DNA of 64,000 nucleotides from Magallana gigas (GCF_963853765.1 NC_088855.1:55490001-55554000); one strand, 5' to 3'. Positions 11,740 through 24,780 are shown, counted from the first letter of the stretch. Made by a program: numbers and translations. Notes: generated by a model from the sequence alone, not told the origin.

Positions 11740-14450
11740 AACACCATGCAGCCGCATCCCTTAGAAAACGGAAATTAAAGGATGTGCAGGCTGTGCTCGT
11801 TGTGATAAGATACGGTAACAGAGAGAAGTTTTGATCCTAGTAGGAATAGATAGAGGTCTTGTGGACAAAGACCGCAAAGTTCGGCGCTAAGTGAAATGTC
11901 AAAGTCATCAATCACAGTGTTCCACCAAGCGTCTCGAATAGCAACGTTCCTAAGCAAACGGTCGAAATGTGCTGAAACATATTGGTAAAGCAACTGCCAC
12001 GCACAATACATATTTCCGGAGGTAAGGTTGGAAGACTTCATAGCTTGACAACGAGTTTACGGAGTTCTATCTCGTGTATGTTGGATGTAAATTTCCAAAT
12101 AGCAAACGGGGGTCTTCCTGCGTTTATGGTGTGAAATAAGACAAAATCGGGGTCAGAGAGCATGCACTGACGCCTGGAGTCGATGTTGAGGTTGGTTACA
12201 GCTGCCTTGACAGTTTTATTCCAGAGATCCTTAGGGGGTAAGTAACCAACTTGCAGGTAAATCAAGAGATGTTAAGTGAGATTGTATCTAGCCAAAATGT
12301 TGATAACGTCGTGAATGTATCCAAATTGTTTTCTCTCATGTGATTTGATGTAAGAAAAGAGTCGGTGAAAAAAAATCTTCTTAGTAAGAGTTTGGGTGTC
12401 CAGGCTGGCTAGGCGGGCGAAGAATTGAAGTTTCCTTTTGTCGATTTCAGATGTTATTGGGAGAGGCCTATGGAGTGATTCGCATATGTCAGATCTGGCA
12501 CTCTTTGGGAAGCCTATTGCATGTTTGCAGATAAAATGCTGAAGAATGTTTAGATCTTGCTAATCTTTTTTGCGTAAGTCGTACCATAGTTCACAGCCGT
12601 ACACGATGGAAGGGAGAACAACTCTGGTGTAGAGCCGGGATATGTATCTGAGTTGAAATGTTAACGTATTATTTTTAAGGCAAAATAAGCTTCTCGCCCT
12701 TTCCTACAGGCGTTAGCGATTTTATCAGTATGGACAAGTTTTGAGTGAAGGTGAATACTTGGGTGATTATATGTATTTGACAGGTAGAGAGGGTCTGTAC
12801 CTAGAAACCATGTAACATGCGAACCAGTATGTGGTGGTGAGGGGGTAAACCGGAAAACACTTGACTTGCCTGCATTAAACTTGAATCTCTTAATCAAAGA
12901 CTGTTTGAATGCTGTGGTGAGAATATTTTGGATGGCTGCAGGAGATAAAGCCATGCAGGAGATATCGTCCGCAATGGTATGGTTAGAACTAGTAATACTC
13001 TAAATACCAATATTTGAATTTCTTGAAGCAGGCCGTTAATGAAAACTAGGTACAGAAGTGTTGAAAGGATTCCACCTTGACGAATTCCTTGCGAAACAAG
13101 AAACCAAGATGATCTTGTTTGGTTTAATACCACAGAGCACGAGGCGTTGGTATGACAGTCGTCAATAAGAGTCCATAGACGTCCTGAAACACCAAGGCGA
13201 TGTAAATTGTACATTAGGCCATGCCTCCAGACTGTGGTGAATGCTATCTGTGTATCTATGAAAGCGACATACACGGGACTACCAAGTTCTAAGTTGTGAC
13301 AAAAAGTTTCTTGTAAGTTAAAGAAAACCGTGATGCAACCTAGCTTTGGCTGAAATCCTTGCTGTTGAGGGTTTGGGAAATCACTAGTAAATAATACATA
13401 AGTTTTAATTCTTGAAAGTAACAGTTTCTCGAAAATCTGTAGAAAACACGGGAGTAAGGCTATAGGTCTGTAACTGTCTGGGGATTTCTTTGGTTTGTTG
13501 ACTCCCTCTGTGTATAGGGACGGTTATGTCTTTTTTCCAAGAACCAGGAATTTGGCCAATTTTAATTATTGAGTTAAACAGATGTAGTATGCACAGTTTG
13601 AGTTCTAATCATGCGTGGATTATATGCTCATTTTGGTTAAGATCTATTCCTGGAGCTTTTCTGAGTTTCAAATCACGGATTATCAGTGAGATTTCGTCGA
13701 TGGTGACTTCACCTCGTTGGATAAGATTTTCGCTTATTATGTTAGCAATTTTCATGGATTTATATGAGTTTTCAATGTTGTAGTAAAAGTCGGAATTGAA
13801 TGATTCGTTAGGATTCGTCATTTGAATTGTAAACGTTTTGAAAGTGTTGGGCTAATGCGTTAGTCATGTTACCAAGTTCTATTTCTGGACACACACGGGA
13901 ACTGCGAGGACGCTGTCGTTTGATTAGTTTCCAGAATAGTCGGACGTCGCATTCGGCAGCTTCGTCGATATCCTTAAAGACCTTAGTCATAACGTCGTTG
14001 TGTGCAGTTTGAAGCTCGTTGCGGAACTCTCTTTCTTCTTATAAGACTTGTGACACATTCCGCGTGGTCGACCTTCACTTATCCATATCCTGCGTTTTTG
14101 TCGTTCCATATCATGCAGCTGCTTTACTTCCGGTGTCCATTCCGTCCATTCGGTAAGGTTTGTATCTTGAGACTGGAATGGTTTTGGAAGCATCATCATG
14201 TAACCAGTAGGTGAGATCAGAACAGAAGGTATCGATATGAATGGCACAATGGAGAATTCTATCGAACAAGCTGATAGCTTCTTCGGAAACATGCTTTTGG
14301 TACGAGTCGATTTTACACGATTTTTATACCATGCAGGCAAACAGTTCAGTGATTTGTTTGACATACAATTTTTAGGTCGGATGTCATTAGACATTATCTA
14401 GAACAGGAATCTGATGCGATATGTTTCCTTTGATTTGCAGTGTTGATTGA
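11740..14450 (-). mobile_element. Decayed LINE ORF2 (RTE-X/CR1-L2-like), multiple frameshifts and stops
   Basis: Successive minus-strand fragments: ...RLFWKLIKRQRP; LKLRKAPGID..QNEHI; YVAFID...AF.TVWRHGL...GIRQGGILSTLLYLVFINGLL; YLSNTYNH...; C-terminal CQLC-like region. Confidence 0.85.
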
Positions 14451-14814
14451 TTGAGGTTAACCTCGTTTCGTATATTTATATGAATCACCGTGGGTTTGTG
14501 TATATTATAAAATTATACATGTACATTATTAGGGTCTTTCGATCGTTTCCAACGGAAAATCCTCTTGTTATTCTACGGATTCTTTTTATTATTATAAGGG
14601 TCTACCGTATCCTTCTGTTATTTTTCGGGAACATTTTCGCACAATTTTTTTTTCAGATAAATTTTGTGCACGTTATTTTTCGTAAACGGCTCGGTCGATT
14701 TTTAGGAAACTTTCTGATCTATATAAATATTTGTTTTCCTTCGGACTGAAATGTCACATTTTCATTGGTATAAACATGGCACGTGATTGCCTCATATATC
14801 TCTATATTTGTTCT

Positions 14815-15299
14815 GTGAGAAATAATATTAGGCAATATGGCCGTCATTGGTCGACGCTTCGCTTACTCATTTCGACATTTCATAGTATTTAATACATAAA
14901 CTGCATGCCGTAAGTTCTTAAAGTATTTGGAGTAGTTGCCCTTTGAAATTCTTTAAATTAGAGTAGTTGCCCTTAGAATATTGACGTCACATTGTTTTGT
15001 GTGGAGCAGAACAAAATGACAGCGTCGAAATTTGCTCAAATCTCTGCAGAGGAAAGGGAGAAAACATTTAAAATTGAATAGCAACAAAACATTGTAAGTA
15101 AACATGGGTGAAGCAAGGATTTTTAAAGAATATTTGAAAGGTGAGATTGAAAATTTTGAAGAGTTTAAATGAGTTAAATTGGACGAGATATTAGGCATCT
15201 TGTACATTTTTACGTAGATCATCGCTATTTGTGAATAAATATGTCGCTTGATAGTCCTCGAGAAAACAAAACACTTATTAGGTTAGTTACTGACTCACT

Positions 15300-15332
<33 letters not shown>

Positions 15333-15344
15333 CGGCTTTGCCTC

Positions 15345-15381
<37 letters not shown>

Positions 15382-15410
15382 AGTAAGTCAGTAACTAACC
15401 TAATAAGTAA
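14815..15410 (+). mobile_element. Crypton-like non-autonomous relic ending in a long perfect hairpin
   Basis: Short decayed reading MGEARIFKEYLKGEIENFEEFK*VKLDEILGILY (~15104-15210) resembles the N-terminal region of Crypton/DUF3504-type recombinases. A ~64-bp-stem hairpin lies at 15273-15408. The family assignment is recognition only. Confidence 0.5.
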
Positions 15411-15527
15411 TAATATACGGCTATAAATGATATATAAATAAATTCATATCTTTATATTGATATATGTATATGTATGTCTATATACAAATTGGGTATATAT
15501 ACATGTATCTCTCTTCACATACATTAA

Positions 15528-15813
15528 AGGGGCATTATTACGATTTTGGTCAAAAGTGAGTTTTCTGTTTTAATGTTTACAATGCTTTAGTAAGGCATTT
15601 TTAATAGGCAACCAAAATTTGAGTGTCATTTGTTGAGTTATAAGTGATTTACAAAGCTTACAATTTTTTGCTATGTAAACAAAGCTTTTGTTTTCATTAT
15701 GGATGCTGAAGTGAAAACTTCAGTTCTAGACATAATATAAATGTGTTTAGCATTAGGAGCTTTTTTATGCTTTAGATGAATATAATATATACCAAAATCG
15801 TGACTATGCCCCT
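15528..15813. mobile_element. Kolobok-type MITE with TTAA TSD
   Basis: TTAA|AGGGGCAT..acgattttgg ... ccaaaatcgtgactATGCCCCT|TTAA (TTAA at 15524-15527 and 15814-15817). Confidence 0.75.
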
Positions 15814-16089
15814 TTAAACAGCTTATTGGTAGAAATTCAGAGGCATGCGAGTCAACTTATTGCGACAAATTCTTTGTTGTTTAATGTCATAATTTTTCAT
15901 AGAGTAAAAAAAGACATTCTCTGCAATAAAACGCCTGTTTGTTCGAGTTACAAACGCGTGCCAAAAGTGAAGATTATACCAAGATGGAGGCTGTACCGAG
16001 ACGTGAAGCGAATGGGACTTTCTATCCCACGTCAAACTGTAAATAACAGTTAAAAATGACTTATGTAATACTTTGTTATGTTTCCTTTT

Positions 16090-17100
16090 GCCTTAAGTAC
16101 GGTTTGAATGCGCTCTGGGATTGAATTGTAAAGATTTCTAATGAAATTCACGTCGATCTCCATCCAGATGTTCCAAATTGCCTCCTCTAGCACGTCAACA
16201 CTTTTGATATTGTGAGCTTGTTTTGCAGTTCAATTTTAAGTTTTCACCACACGTTTTCTATTTTGTCAAGATCTGGACTTTAAGCTGGCCATTCCATACA
16301 ATTAATTTGGTTTTGATTAATATCTTCTATAACGATTCGGATTCGATTGACAGGAGCATTGTCATCTTGGTATATGTAGTCATTATTTGGGAAATGACGA
16401 GCAATAACTGGCCAGACGATGTTTTCAATTATATCTATATATTTTGCAGGATAAATGTAACCATTTTCAATTGTTATGGTTCCCATACCTTCGTAGGTAA
16501 TACACCCCCATATCATTAAACTTATGCGTTCTCCGTGACCGGGATTCAAACAAGGGGGTGTCCATTCTTCTCCTGGTCGTCTCCAAACTAAAACACACCC
16601 ACTTCCACCTTACACTCGTCACTAAATATAACTCTACTCGAGTGCTCATGTACAGTTTTCTGTCTGTTCAATTTACACCATGCAAGTCGCTTTTTAGCGT
16701 TTTCAACACGAATTCGGATACTTTTTCGCAAAACACACTTGTGGAACTTTTCTTCGTATATTTTTCTCTGAATTATTTCGTTTAGACACACATAGTTTGA
16801 GGTCTAAAGTCGTGAAATATTGCATATAAATATATCATATAGGGGGTGCCTTCTATTTGCTTTTACGACAGATCCAAGTTTCCGAATATCCCTCTCTGAC
16901 AACAAATACGGCCTCCCAACTCAATATTGGTTTTCTACACTTCCTCGGTCTTTCAGACGTCTCAAAACTACATACACAATTGGTAGTGGATGCCCTGTTT
17001 ACTTAGCAATCTGTGTCCCGCTCTATGTAACTCAACAATTGCATTTCTTTCCAACAATGACAACTCTCGTCTTTTTATTGCCTTTGTTGAACTGTCAGGC
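16090..17100 (-). pseudogene. Tc1-family DDE transposase relic
   Basis: Minus-strand fragments: HTH region (IAK*TGHPLPIVYVVLRRLKDRGSVEN; RDIRKLGSVVKANRR), KKRLAWCK...VIFSDECK, MIWGCITYEG.G, YQDDNAP, WPA*SPDLDKIENVW. Contains stops and frameshifts; no clear TIRs found. Confidence 0.9.
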
Positions 17101-18354
17101 TATATATAGACTAGCAGACGATGTCACACTTCCGGTTACCCCCAAGGTCAGATTTCTACGTCATAACTTTCAGTTTGCAAAACAAGAGGGATAACTTGGA
17201 ATATTTAACCGATATATTCACCTATGAACTTACCGTTATCGACGAAAGGAAAGGAAAGAAGGGACTAAATTATCTTCACTTTAGGCCCGCCTCTGTATTT
17301 CTTTTTCGTGCTGACGGAAGAAGATGTAGTTTTCAAACCAACCAAAGAAACAAATTTCCGGAATAAAAAAAACAACAAAAAACTCATAACTAGTGTCGAC
17401 GATATGTCTGCTGTATGGAAATCAAGGAAACACCCACCCAACTCCTACTGACGACAAGATTTAATAATTAAGTCATACCTCCCTTGAACTTATTGTAAAC
17501 AATTAAATAATTGGATGCAGTAACAAGCACCTGACGTTACACACATTTCTTTTTACTGTTACATTTTTCTCAGTACTATCGTGATAACGGTATTAGAAAC
17601 GCAAATATTTACAGTGAAACGTGTTAAAACTATTGTGAAAACATTTAATCTCCAGGTTGTGCAGTTACGGGGCACAGTAAAGGTGCAACAGTGTAGCGAA
17701 TGGCTGTACAGTTAGGCGGAATGTTCTGCTAACATACAGGACAAAATTAAGACAACAAAATAGTCATCTTGATATTATAGAGTGGATTCACGTGGTCTGT
17801 TGAAATCCTAACTCATGACATACAGTTAATGAGTCCCAAGAAGGATACACACTTTTACAAAAAATTAAATGTTTATGAGAGAAGCTACTAGTATACAAAC
17901 TGATCTCAATTTTGATATTTTTATAAATTTATACAATAAAATGGCAATTAGAGGGTTTAAAAATCACCAAAAGAAGTTTTAGATAAAACATTGACCTCAA
18001 AAAATACCTACGTTCCCCTCACCTTCCCAAAAAAAATCCTATTCAAAACGTTTTGAATAATCATGCATTTGTTTTATCAACACTCCATGAACCTTTTAAA
18101 GGTTACATATATATCAAAATGAATCAAGTGTACTTTGAATTCACTTGAAAATTTACATTTTGTATGTTCATCATCTCAAATTTTCCATTATCATTGACAG
18201 TATTGTCCTATACTGTTTACTTTAACCACACCGTATTTTGTAAGTGTGATTGGTGCAAGGATATGTTTGTGCATACATATGCACGATATGTACATTAATC
18301 GCGATACACTTCAACAAACCACAACGCGAGGGACTGAGATTGGACTAAGTGTAC

Positions 18355-20665
18355 ATGAGCATGGAGACCGATAAAAAGTAGGTGTTAGATTTATTCAATA
18401 GTTACATATACCATTACCAGGGGTAATTACAATTACAGGGAATTTATTAAGACGCATTGATTTTTATTTAAAGAATATGATACTTTCTTTGAGTCATATA
18501 AGTAAGAATTTTAACAACTTCTACAGGGAAAAGATTCATAGAAAAATATAAAAATAAGATAACATTTTAAAACTAGAATATGTATGTGGATTTGTTTATA
18601 CGAAGGAGAATGAAAATATCGTACTTAAAATTACACGTTGAATATGACGGGCGATATGTTGACAACCTTTCCTCTTCATGTATACAATATATAGCTTTAA
18701 AAATAGTTTGAATGATTTAAACGCACTTTTACCACACACCGTATTAATTAAGTGTGATTAATGCAAAGATATGTTTGTGCATACAGATGCACCATATGTA
18801 CATAAATCGCACACTTGAACAAGCCACGACGCGAGCCGTTTACAATGTCTCAGGGACTGAGATTGGATTATGTGTTCATTACAATTACAGAGAATTTATA
18901 AAGACGTATCAAATTTGTTTTATGAAGAATATGGTAGCTTTTTTAGTCATACTTAGTAAAAATTTTAAGAGCCTCCGCAGGGAAAAGAATCATAGAAAAA
19001 TATTAAAATTAGATATGATTTTAAAAATATGAACATGTATGTTGATTAGTTTATACTAAAAAAATGAAAAAGTCGGTACTCTAAATTACAAGTTGAATAT
19101 GACGGGCGATTTCTTGACAACCTTTTCTCCATATGTATACAGTATATTTTAATAGTTTCAATGATTTAAACGCATTTCTTGAAGGTGACTTTTAGACGAC
19201 TCCTTACGAAAGCAATTTATATTCTGTAGAAAACTACACATTCAGGAAGAGAAAATAAAGAATGAGCTAGAGACCCAGGGTTTTTCCGTGGTCCCCGGGG
19301 TGATTCCACTGGAGGAATGTGACAAGTACACCCAGGAATTCCGGACCTGGCTGGACAGGTTTGGAGAGGATTCCCCCGTACGTAAGAGGTCCGGCATCAC
19401 GCATCAGTACAGGACGTCCCACTCTAACGCCGCCTGGCGGCTCAGACTTCACGCCAAACCTGTGTTCGAATCCCTCTGGGGCACGGAGAAACTTTTAGTT
19501 AGTGTAGACGGTATGTCTATATCGGAGCCCCCGGAGCAAGGTAAGTGTTTACCACTAAAATTAAGTTTATTATAGCAAGGGATCATAGAAACATACACGA
19601 AAAAAACTAATCTTTCATAAATCTTTAAAAATCACAACTAAACACAATGTTAATAATGATAATCATAATAAAAATTATACTAAAAAGCACTGAAAACTTT
19701 CTGTAAAATCATCTAATTTCTTGAAATTCTGTCAGGGAAATAATCCTGAAGGTATCAAGTTTTGTTTGAATCAGTTTTCATTAGCAGCACTTCTGGGTAG
19801 AGTCATGATGGATGAAAAATTTTAAAGTCCTCTGTTCAACAATTCTTTAACGAATTCAATAGATATTTAATATATTGAGAGCCAAGATGTAGCTAGCTTT
19901 GTTAATTGTTTAATGTGCCAGTTTTTAGGACATAATGATGTATTCCGTAAACCAATTCAGCATTAACTCATTTATTATTTTTTAGGTCGAAGCAACTTCT
20001 CCAAGCCTGAGGACTGTTGGTTTCACCTTGACCAAGGGAGCTGGCGAAAGGGACTGCATGCGTACCAGGGGGCGGTCTATTTGGAGGAAACGACCCCATC
20101 AGACTACTGCTTCAGAGTGCTCGAGGGCTCCCAAAAATACCACCAGGACTTGATTGACACTTTCTCAGATGCCAATGAAGGAATGGCAGGCAAAGATTTT
20201 TACATTTTAAAAAATCACCACTTAGAATTCTACCAGAATAAAGGGTGCGCGAAAAAGAAAGTCCCCGTCCCCAAAGGTGGACTGGTGCTATGGGACTCCA
20301 GAACGGTCCACGATACCCTAGCCCCCGTAGAAGGTCGGCCTCATGCCGACAGATGGCGCTTTGTTATTTACGTTTGCATGACCCCTGCGATATGGGCTTC
20401 GAAGAAAGATTTTGAGGTCAAGAGGAAGGCATACGAGGAGATGCTATCTACTGCTCACTGGCCATCTGAAGGGATCAGGCTCTTCCCTAGTACACACGAG
20501 AATGAAGAGACAAAACACAAGCGGATCGAGATGGTTAAAGAGCAGCCCCCGATAGCCAGAACGAGGTTGGTACGGCTTCTGGCGGGGATGGAGGCTTACG
20601 ACTTCACTGATGGACGTCCAAATGGACCCGATTGGCGGCCAAAGGGGTCCGAAATACAGTATTAG
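18355..20665 (+). CDS. PhyH-like Fe(II)/2-oxoglutarate dioxygenase copy 2, 337 aa (exons 18355-18377, 19230-19540, 19986-20665)
   Basis: MSMETDKK|KLHIQEE...SEPPEQ|GRSNFSKPEDCWFHLDQ...WDSRTVH...RWRFVIYVCM. Introns are GT-AG with phases 2 and 1. Exons sum to 1014 nt. Shows an HxD...H facial triad plus a conserved Arg. Confidence 0.85.
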
Positions 20666-20984
20666 TAGGACGGGCGTCCAAGACCCACGGCGAGTTATTT
20701 CTCTTAGTTCAGAGCAAATATGATACCTCCAAAGAATACATATATACGATGTTAAACACACGTGTACCAATAGTCAGGTATTTCGCAAATATCTACAATT
20801 CATTAAAACGACGAACATTTTATCAATTTTATGAAATTCAATTTATATACATATAAATAATGTACATGTACGTGAAGATTAAGACGTGTAGAAGACTGTT
20901 GGTTTCTTGGTTATACATTGCTATATTTTTTTGTATTTATCGTCTTCTTGATGCTATCATTAAACCGTTCATTCAAGAGTAATA

Positions 20985-21420
20985 TAGACTGAATCATACC
21001 AGATTCTCCCTTTTTGTGAGATGATCTTAATCAACTCTCCTATGCAGTTACTCAGACAAACCGAAAGTGAAACAGTGTTTGGACCTCAGGACAAATCATT
21101 GCTGCTGACAAGACTTAGTTCTTGAAAATAATTGATGAATGCTATGTCATGTATGCTAAAGCATTGTTTTTCAAGGAAACTTATTTATAAATACCTTGAA
21201 AATAGTCAGAGTTTAAATGGTACGAACAATTTAAATATTTTGTATAGTCGTATGTATTCCTACGCCAGAGTTTGATATAGTCTCGTTCAACTCGACGCTC
21301 GGTTGTCTCCGTAAATCCTTGTCGGAGATTTACGGTGTCAGCCGAGCGTTTGGTTGAAAGAGACTAGAGTTCAATATTGCTTGGATCCATACAATATTTG
21401 GGGAAATATTTCTATCACTG
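20985..21420. repeat. Interspersed repeat carrying a ~90-bp palindromic cassette (21279-21366); same family at 63635-64000
   Basis: Shared ...caac(t/c)ctcctatgca...gaaagtgaaacagtgtttggacct...gtcgtatgtattcctacgc followed by TAGTCTCGTTCAAC...GTTGAA. Confidence 0.65.
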
Positions 21421-22456
21421 ATACATAGTTTGATTGAATTATTTTTATCTTTAAATACTATTCAACATTATTCATATGGGGGTTTCTCGACATTCTTGTC
21501 GAAAAAGTCCAAAAATTCATATTATAAAATGTGCGTATTTCAAATTAGAAAATACATGTTCTTGTCATAGAAAATAACATATCATTGATTTTAAAATAAA
21601 TAAATAAATAAACATCGACAAAATCAACTCCCGTCAGTTCTTCAGTACTTTGATTTAAAATTCATTCACAAGGTTTTACAACTTTGGAGATGTAATGTTT
21701 ACACTCATTTGTTTACTACTGACTTATTTACTAGTTTACTATTCACTTGGGACTTATTTGACTCCTATACCTTGCCACAGCTTACGCACGAACGCATTGT
21801 CTACGTTGATGGACCGAAGAGATCCATTCGTCTATTAAGGTTGTAAACTAATGTCCGATTGAGAATTAAAAGTAGGATATAAATCTGTGGTTAAACGTGA
21901 AAATAACCACCCCACCATCGAAAAAAAGATGAAAAAAAAGAGAAGCTAGATAGCACATATAATAAATTAATCATGAAATAATTAATGCAAATGTACTTAT
22001 AATTCACTCATTAATGTGCATGCAGTTAGTGTAACTAGTATAAGAGACCATATAGGAGGAGGCTTGGTCAATTCCCATCCCTAGAAAATGTCTTCTCATA
22101 ATTATTTGTATTTATCAAAGAAAAAATAATGAATACAATATAAAGCTTTAAGAGAAAACAGATGTACTTTAGGTATGTTATGAATAATTCAGTGTCTCAT
22201 TTTCATTACGTGATTAAAGTGGCAGACATTCTTTGGGTGGCTCCGAGAATATATTTCGTCAAGTACTAGAAATTTAATTTTTTATGCATAAAAAAGAATA
22301 ACAAAGACCAGTAAAAGAGGCACACATCAATATTAAATCTTTTAACGGTGCTGCGATAGGCAAAATATGGACAACCCTTGGAGATAAGTACATTTCAAGT
22401 GTTAACCCAATGATTGTTTATTGGATACACACCACTATATGTGATAAAAGAGCCGA

Positions 22457-22460
<4 letters not shown>

Positions 22461-22536
<76 letters not shown>
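22461..22536. repeat. (AT)n(AG)n compound microsatellite
   Basis: Direct observation. Orthologous in position to the (AG)n at 30109-30163 in unit 3. Confidence 0.95.
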
Positions 22537-22537
<1 letters not shown>

Positions 22538-22653
22538 CTAACACAACCAATATTAGCTAATTTTCTTTAAATTATCCATGTACAGTGAATGAAAGTACGT
22601 AATTATGCCATGATGATACAGTACATTACATAGAAGACCTTGCCTATATGAAG

Positions 22654-22860
22654 GTACTGTAAACCAACTATTATTCGTGTGCGAGAATTTTTTGCATGGC
22701 TAGCGAGAGCCATGTCGTCGAGAATTTTCTCGCCGCGAACCAATTTTTTGTCTATAGTTTTTAAAACAATACAGGTCTGGTTAAGGCTTGGTCGCGAACA
22801 TTAGTTATAGCGAACCAGTAAATCGGCAGTTGATCGCAAAATAAAGTCGCCGCGAATAAG
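22654..22860. mobile_element. Mariner-type MITE remnant (TACTGTAAACCAAC...CGCGAATAAG)
   Basis: Left TIR is typical of TA-target MITEs and the right end is truncated. Only the first ~13 nt survive at the paralogous site (~30284). Confidence 0.55.
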
Positions 22861-23359
22861 ATTTTTTTTTTACACTAACAAAAAACTTTGGAATGGCGTC
22901 ATTTAGTGATTTTTTTTTTTGCTTTATGTATCAAACGGTCTCAAGAGTCAACCCAAAAAAGGAAAATATTGTATTATTTTCCATGGATACGGACTCCTTG
23001 TAAATCGGCCCAACACTCGATACTTTGAGTTTTTTGGAATTGGCTGAGCTCCATGCTCATTAAATACGTTAAAAAAAACCCTATAATATACAGTCATGTT
23101 TGTCGTTATTATGTTATAGTCTGTCCCAAGATATTTATGCTGCATATTTGAACGATTTTTAATAAAAATACACATACCTGTGACTGAAGTGCAATTAAAA
23201 TCGATGAAAGGGAAAATTCCCAAGATAACTTCATTCACACATTATCATTTTTCCCTCGTAAAAATTCACAGGAACCAAAACAGATTTCCTACGGAGATTT
23301 ATAATGGGGAATGTTGACATCTTTTCTCCATTCGGAAGTACTCGGGACACCTCGCGCAA

Positions 23360-24272
23360 TTTTTAACCGGGTTTTCCAACGGAAAAATCCGGTTATTAAA
23401 ATGGTGAAAATGGCGGGCGGGCGGGCGGGCGGGCGGCTGCCAAAAGGGTACCCTCATTGTACGGATAACTCCTCCTACAGTTTTCAAGATAGGAAGTTGT
23501 TCTTTTGCAGATCAATTGTACATATATCAGAGGTGTGCATATTGCTAGGATTTTGATTTCCGATAATTTATCGAAAAAATACCAGCTTTTGAACTTAGTC
23601 ATTTTTTGGCAAATTATTGCATATAGGGTACCCTCATTGTACGGATAACTCCTCCTACAGTTCTCAAGATAGGAAGTTGTTCTTTTGCAGATCAATTGTA
23701 CATATATCAGAGGTGTGCATATTGCTAGGATTTTGATTTCTGATAATTTATCGAAAAAATACCAGCTTTTGAACTTAGTCATTTTTTGGCAAAATATTGC
23801 ATATAGGGTACCCTCATTGTACGGATAACTCCTCCTACAGTTCTCAAGATAGGAAGTTGTTCTTTTGCAGATCAATTATACATATATCAGAGGTGTGCAT
23901 ATTGCTAGGATTTTGATTTCCGATAATTTATCGATAAAATACCAGCTTTTGAACTTAGTCATTTTTTGGCAAAATGTTGCATATAGGGTACCCTCATTGT
24001 ACGGATAACTCCTCCTACAGTTCTCAAGATAGGAAGTTGTTCTTTTGCAGATCAATTGTACATATATCAGAGGTGTGCATATTGCTAGGATTTTGATTTC
24101 TGATAATTTATGAAAAAAATGCTAGCTTTTGAACTTAGTCATTTTTTGGCAAAATGTTGCATACACATGTAGGGTACTCCATTTCACTGGATAAGGGTTG
24201 ACATGAATTATGGATACAGTTTACATAAAAGAAAACCCGGTTTGCTGTCACATTGACAGCTTTTCACTTGTT
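23360..24272. mobile_element. Helentron-associated non-autonomous element (HINE/pearl-like) with a central 180-bp tandem array
   Basis: Sub-terminal inverted repeats AACCGGGTTTT (23365-23375) / AAAACCCGGTT (24232-24242). (GGCG)n microsatellite at ~23412-23436. Four near-identical 180-bp units start at 23446, 23626, 23806 and 23986. 3' hairpin GCTGTCA-cat-TGACAGC (24244-24260). T-rich insertion site. Confidence 0.85.
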
Positions 24273-24599
24273 CAACGTTATCATCCGGGCGTCTTCATCT
24301 CCTTGGCAATGGAAAAACCTCGTAGACTTTTTATTTTTAGCCGTGTACTGATACCCGACAAGCTAGAGGGGGCGTTTCAAAGGGGAAATCTTGGGATTTT
24401 TTTATACTATTGAATGAACATCGTCTGAACCAAGAGGTATTTATAAATATTGAATAATTTAAGAAAATATGTGGCAAAAATATCTTGGGACAGACTATAG
24501 TATGTTACTGATACTGGTATGTAAACTGTCTTACAGAAATGAGGAACTAGAATTTAGAAGACTTTAAGTCTCCATAAAAAAAATCCTTTATCTAAACGA

Positions 24600-24780
24600 C
24601 GAAAGTATCATTTAAGAAATCATTTTTTGAGTATTATGAGGTGATAATTTCAATTGGAGCGGGGTCAAATCCGATAAAGCCCGAAGGGCTTTATGATATA
24701 TTTGACTCATGCTCCGACCGAAATGTTCACCTCGAGCTCATAATATTCAAAGAATGATTCCTTATTACTTATATTATTTC
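24600..24780. repeat. Palindromic element centred on AAAGCCCGAAGGGCTTT; paralog at 30645-31460 is split by a LINE
   Basis: Nested inverted arms: gagcggggtcaaat/atttgactcatgctc and tattatgaggtga/tcacctc..cataata. Confidence 0.65.

Noticed and set aside
23446-24170. 180-bp array as a CRISPR array or coding repeat (ORF 23396-23875)
   Set aside because: Units are contiguous and near-identical with no unique spacers, the context is eukaryotic, and there are no cas genes. The ORF is a by-product of the repeat.
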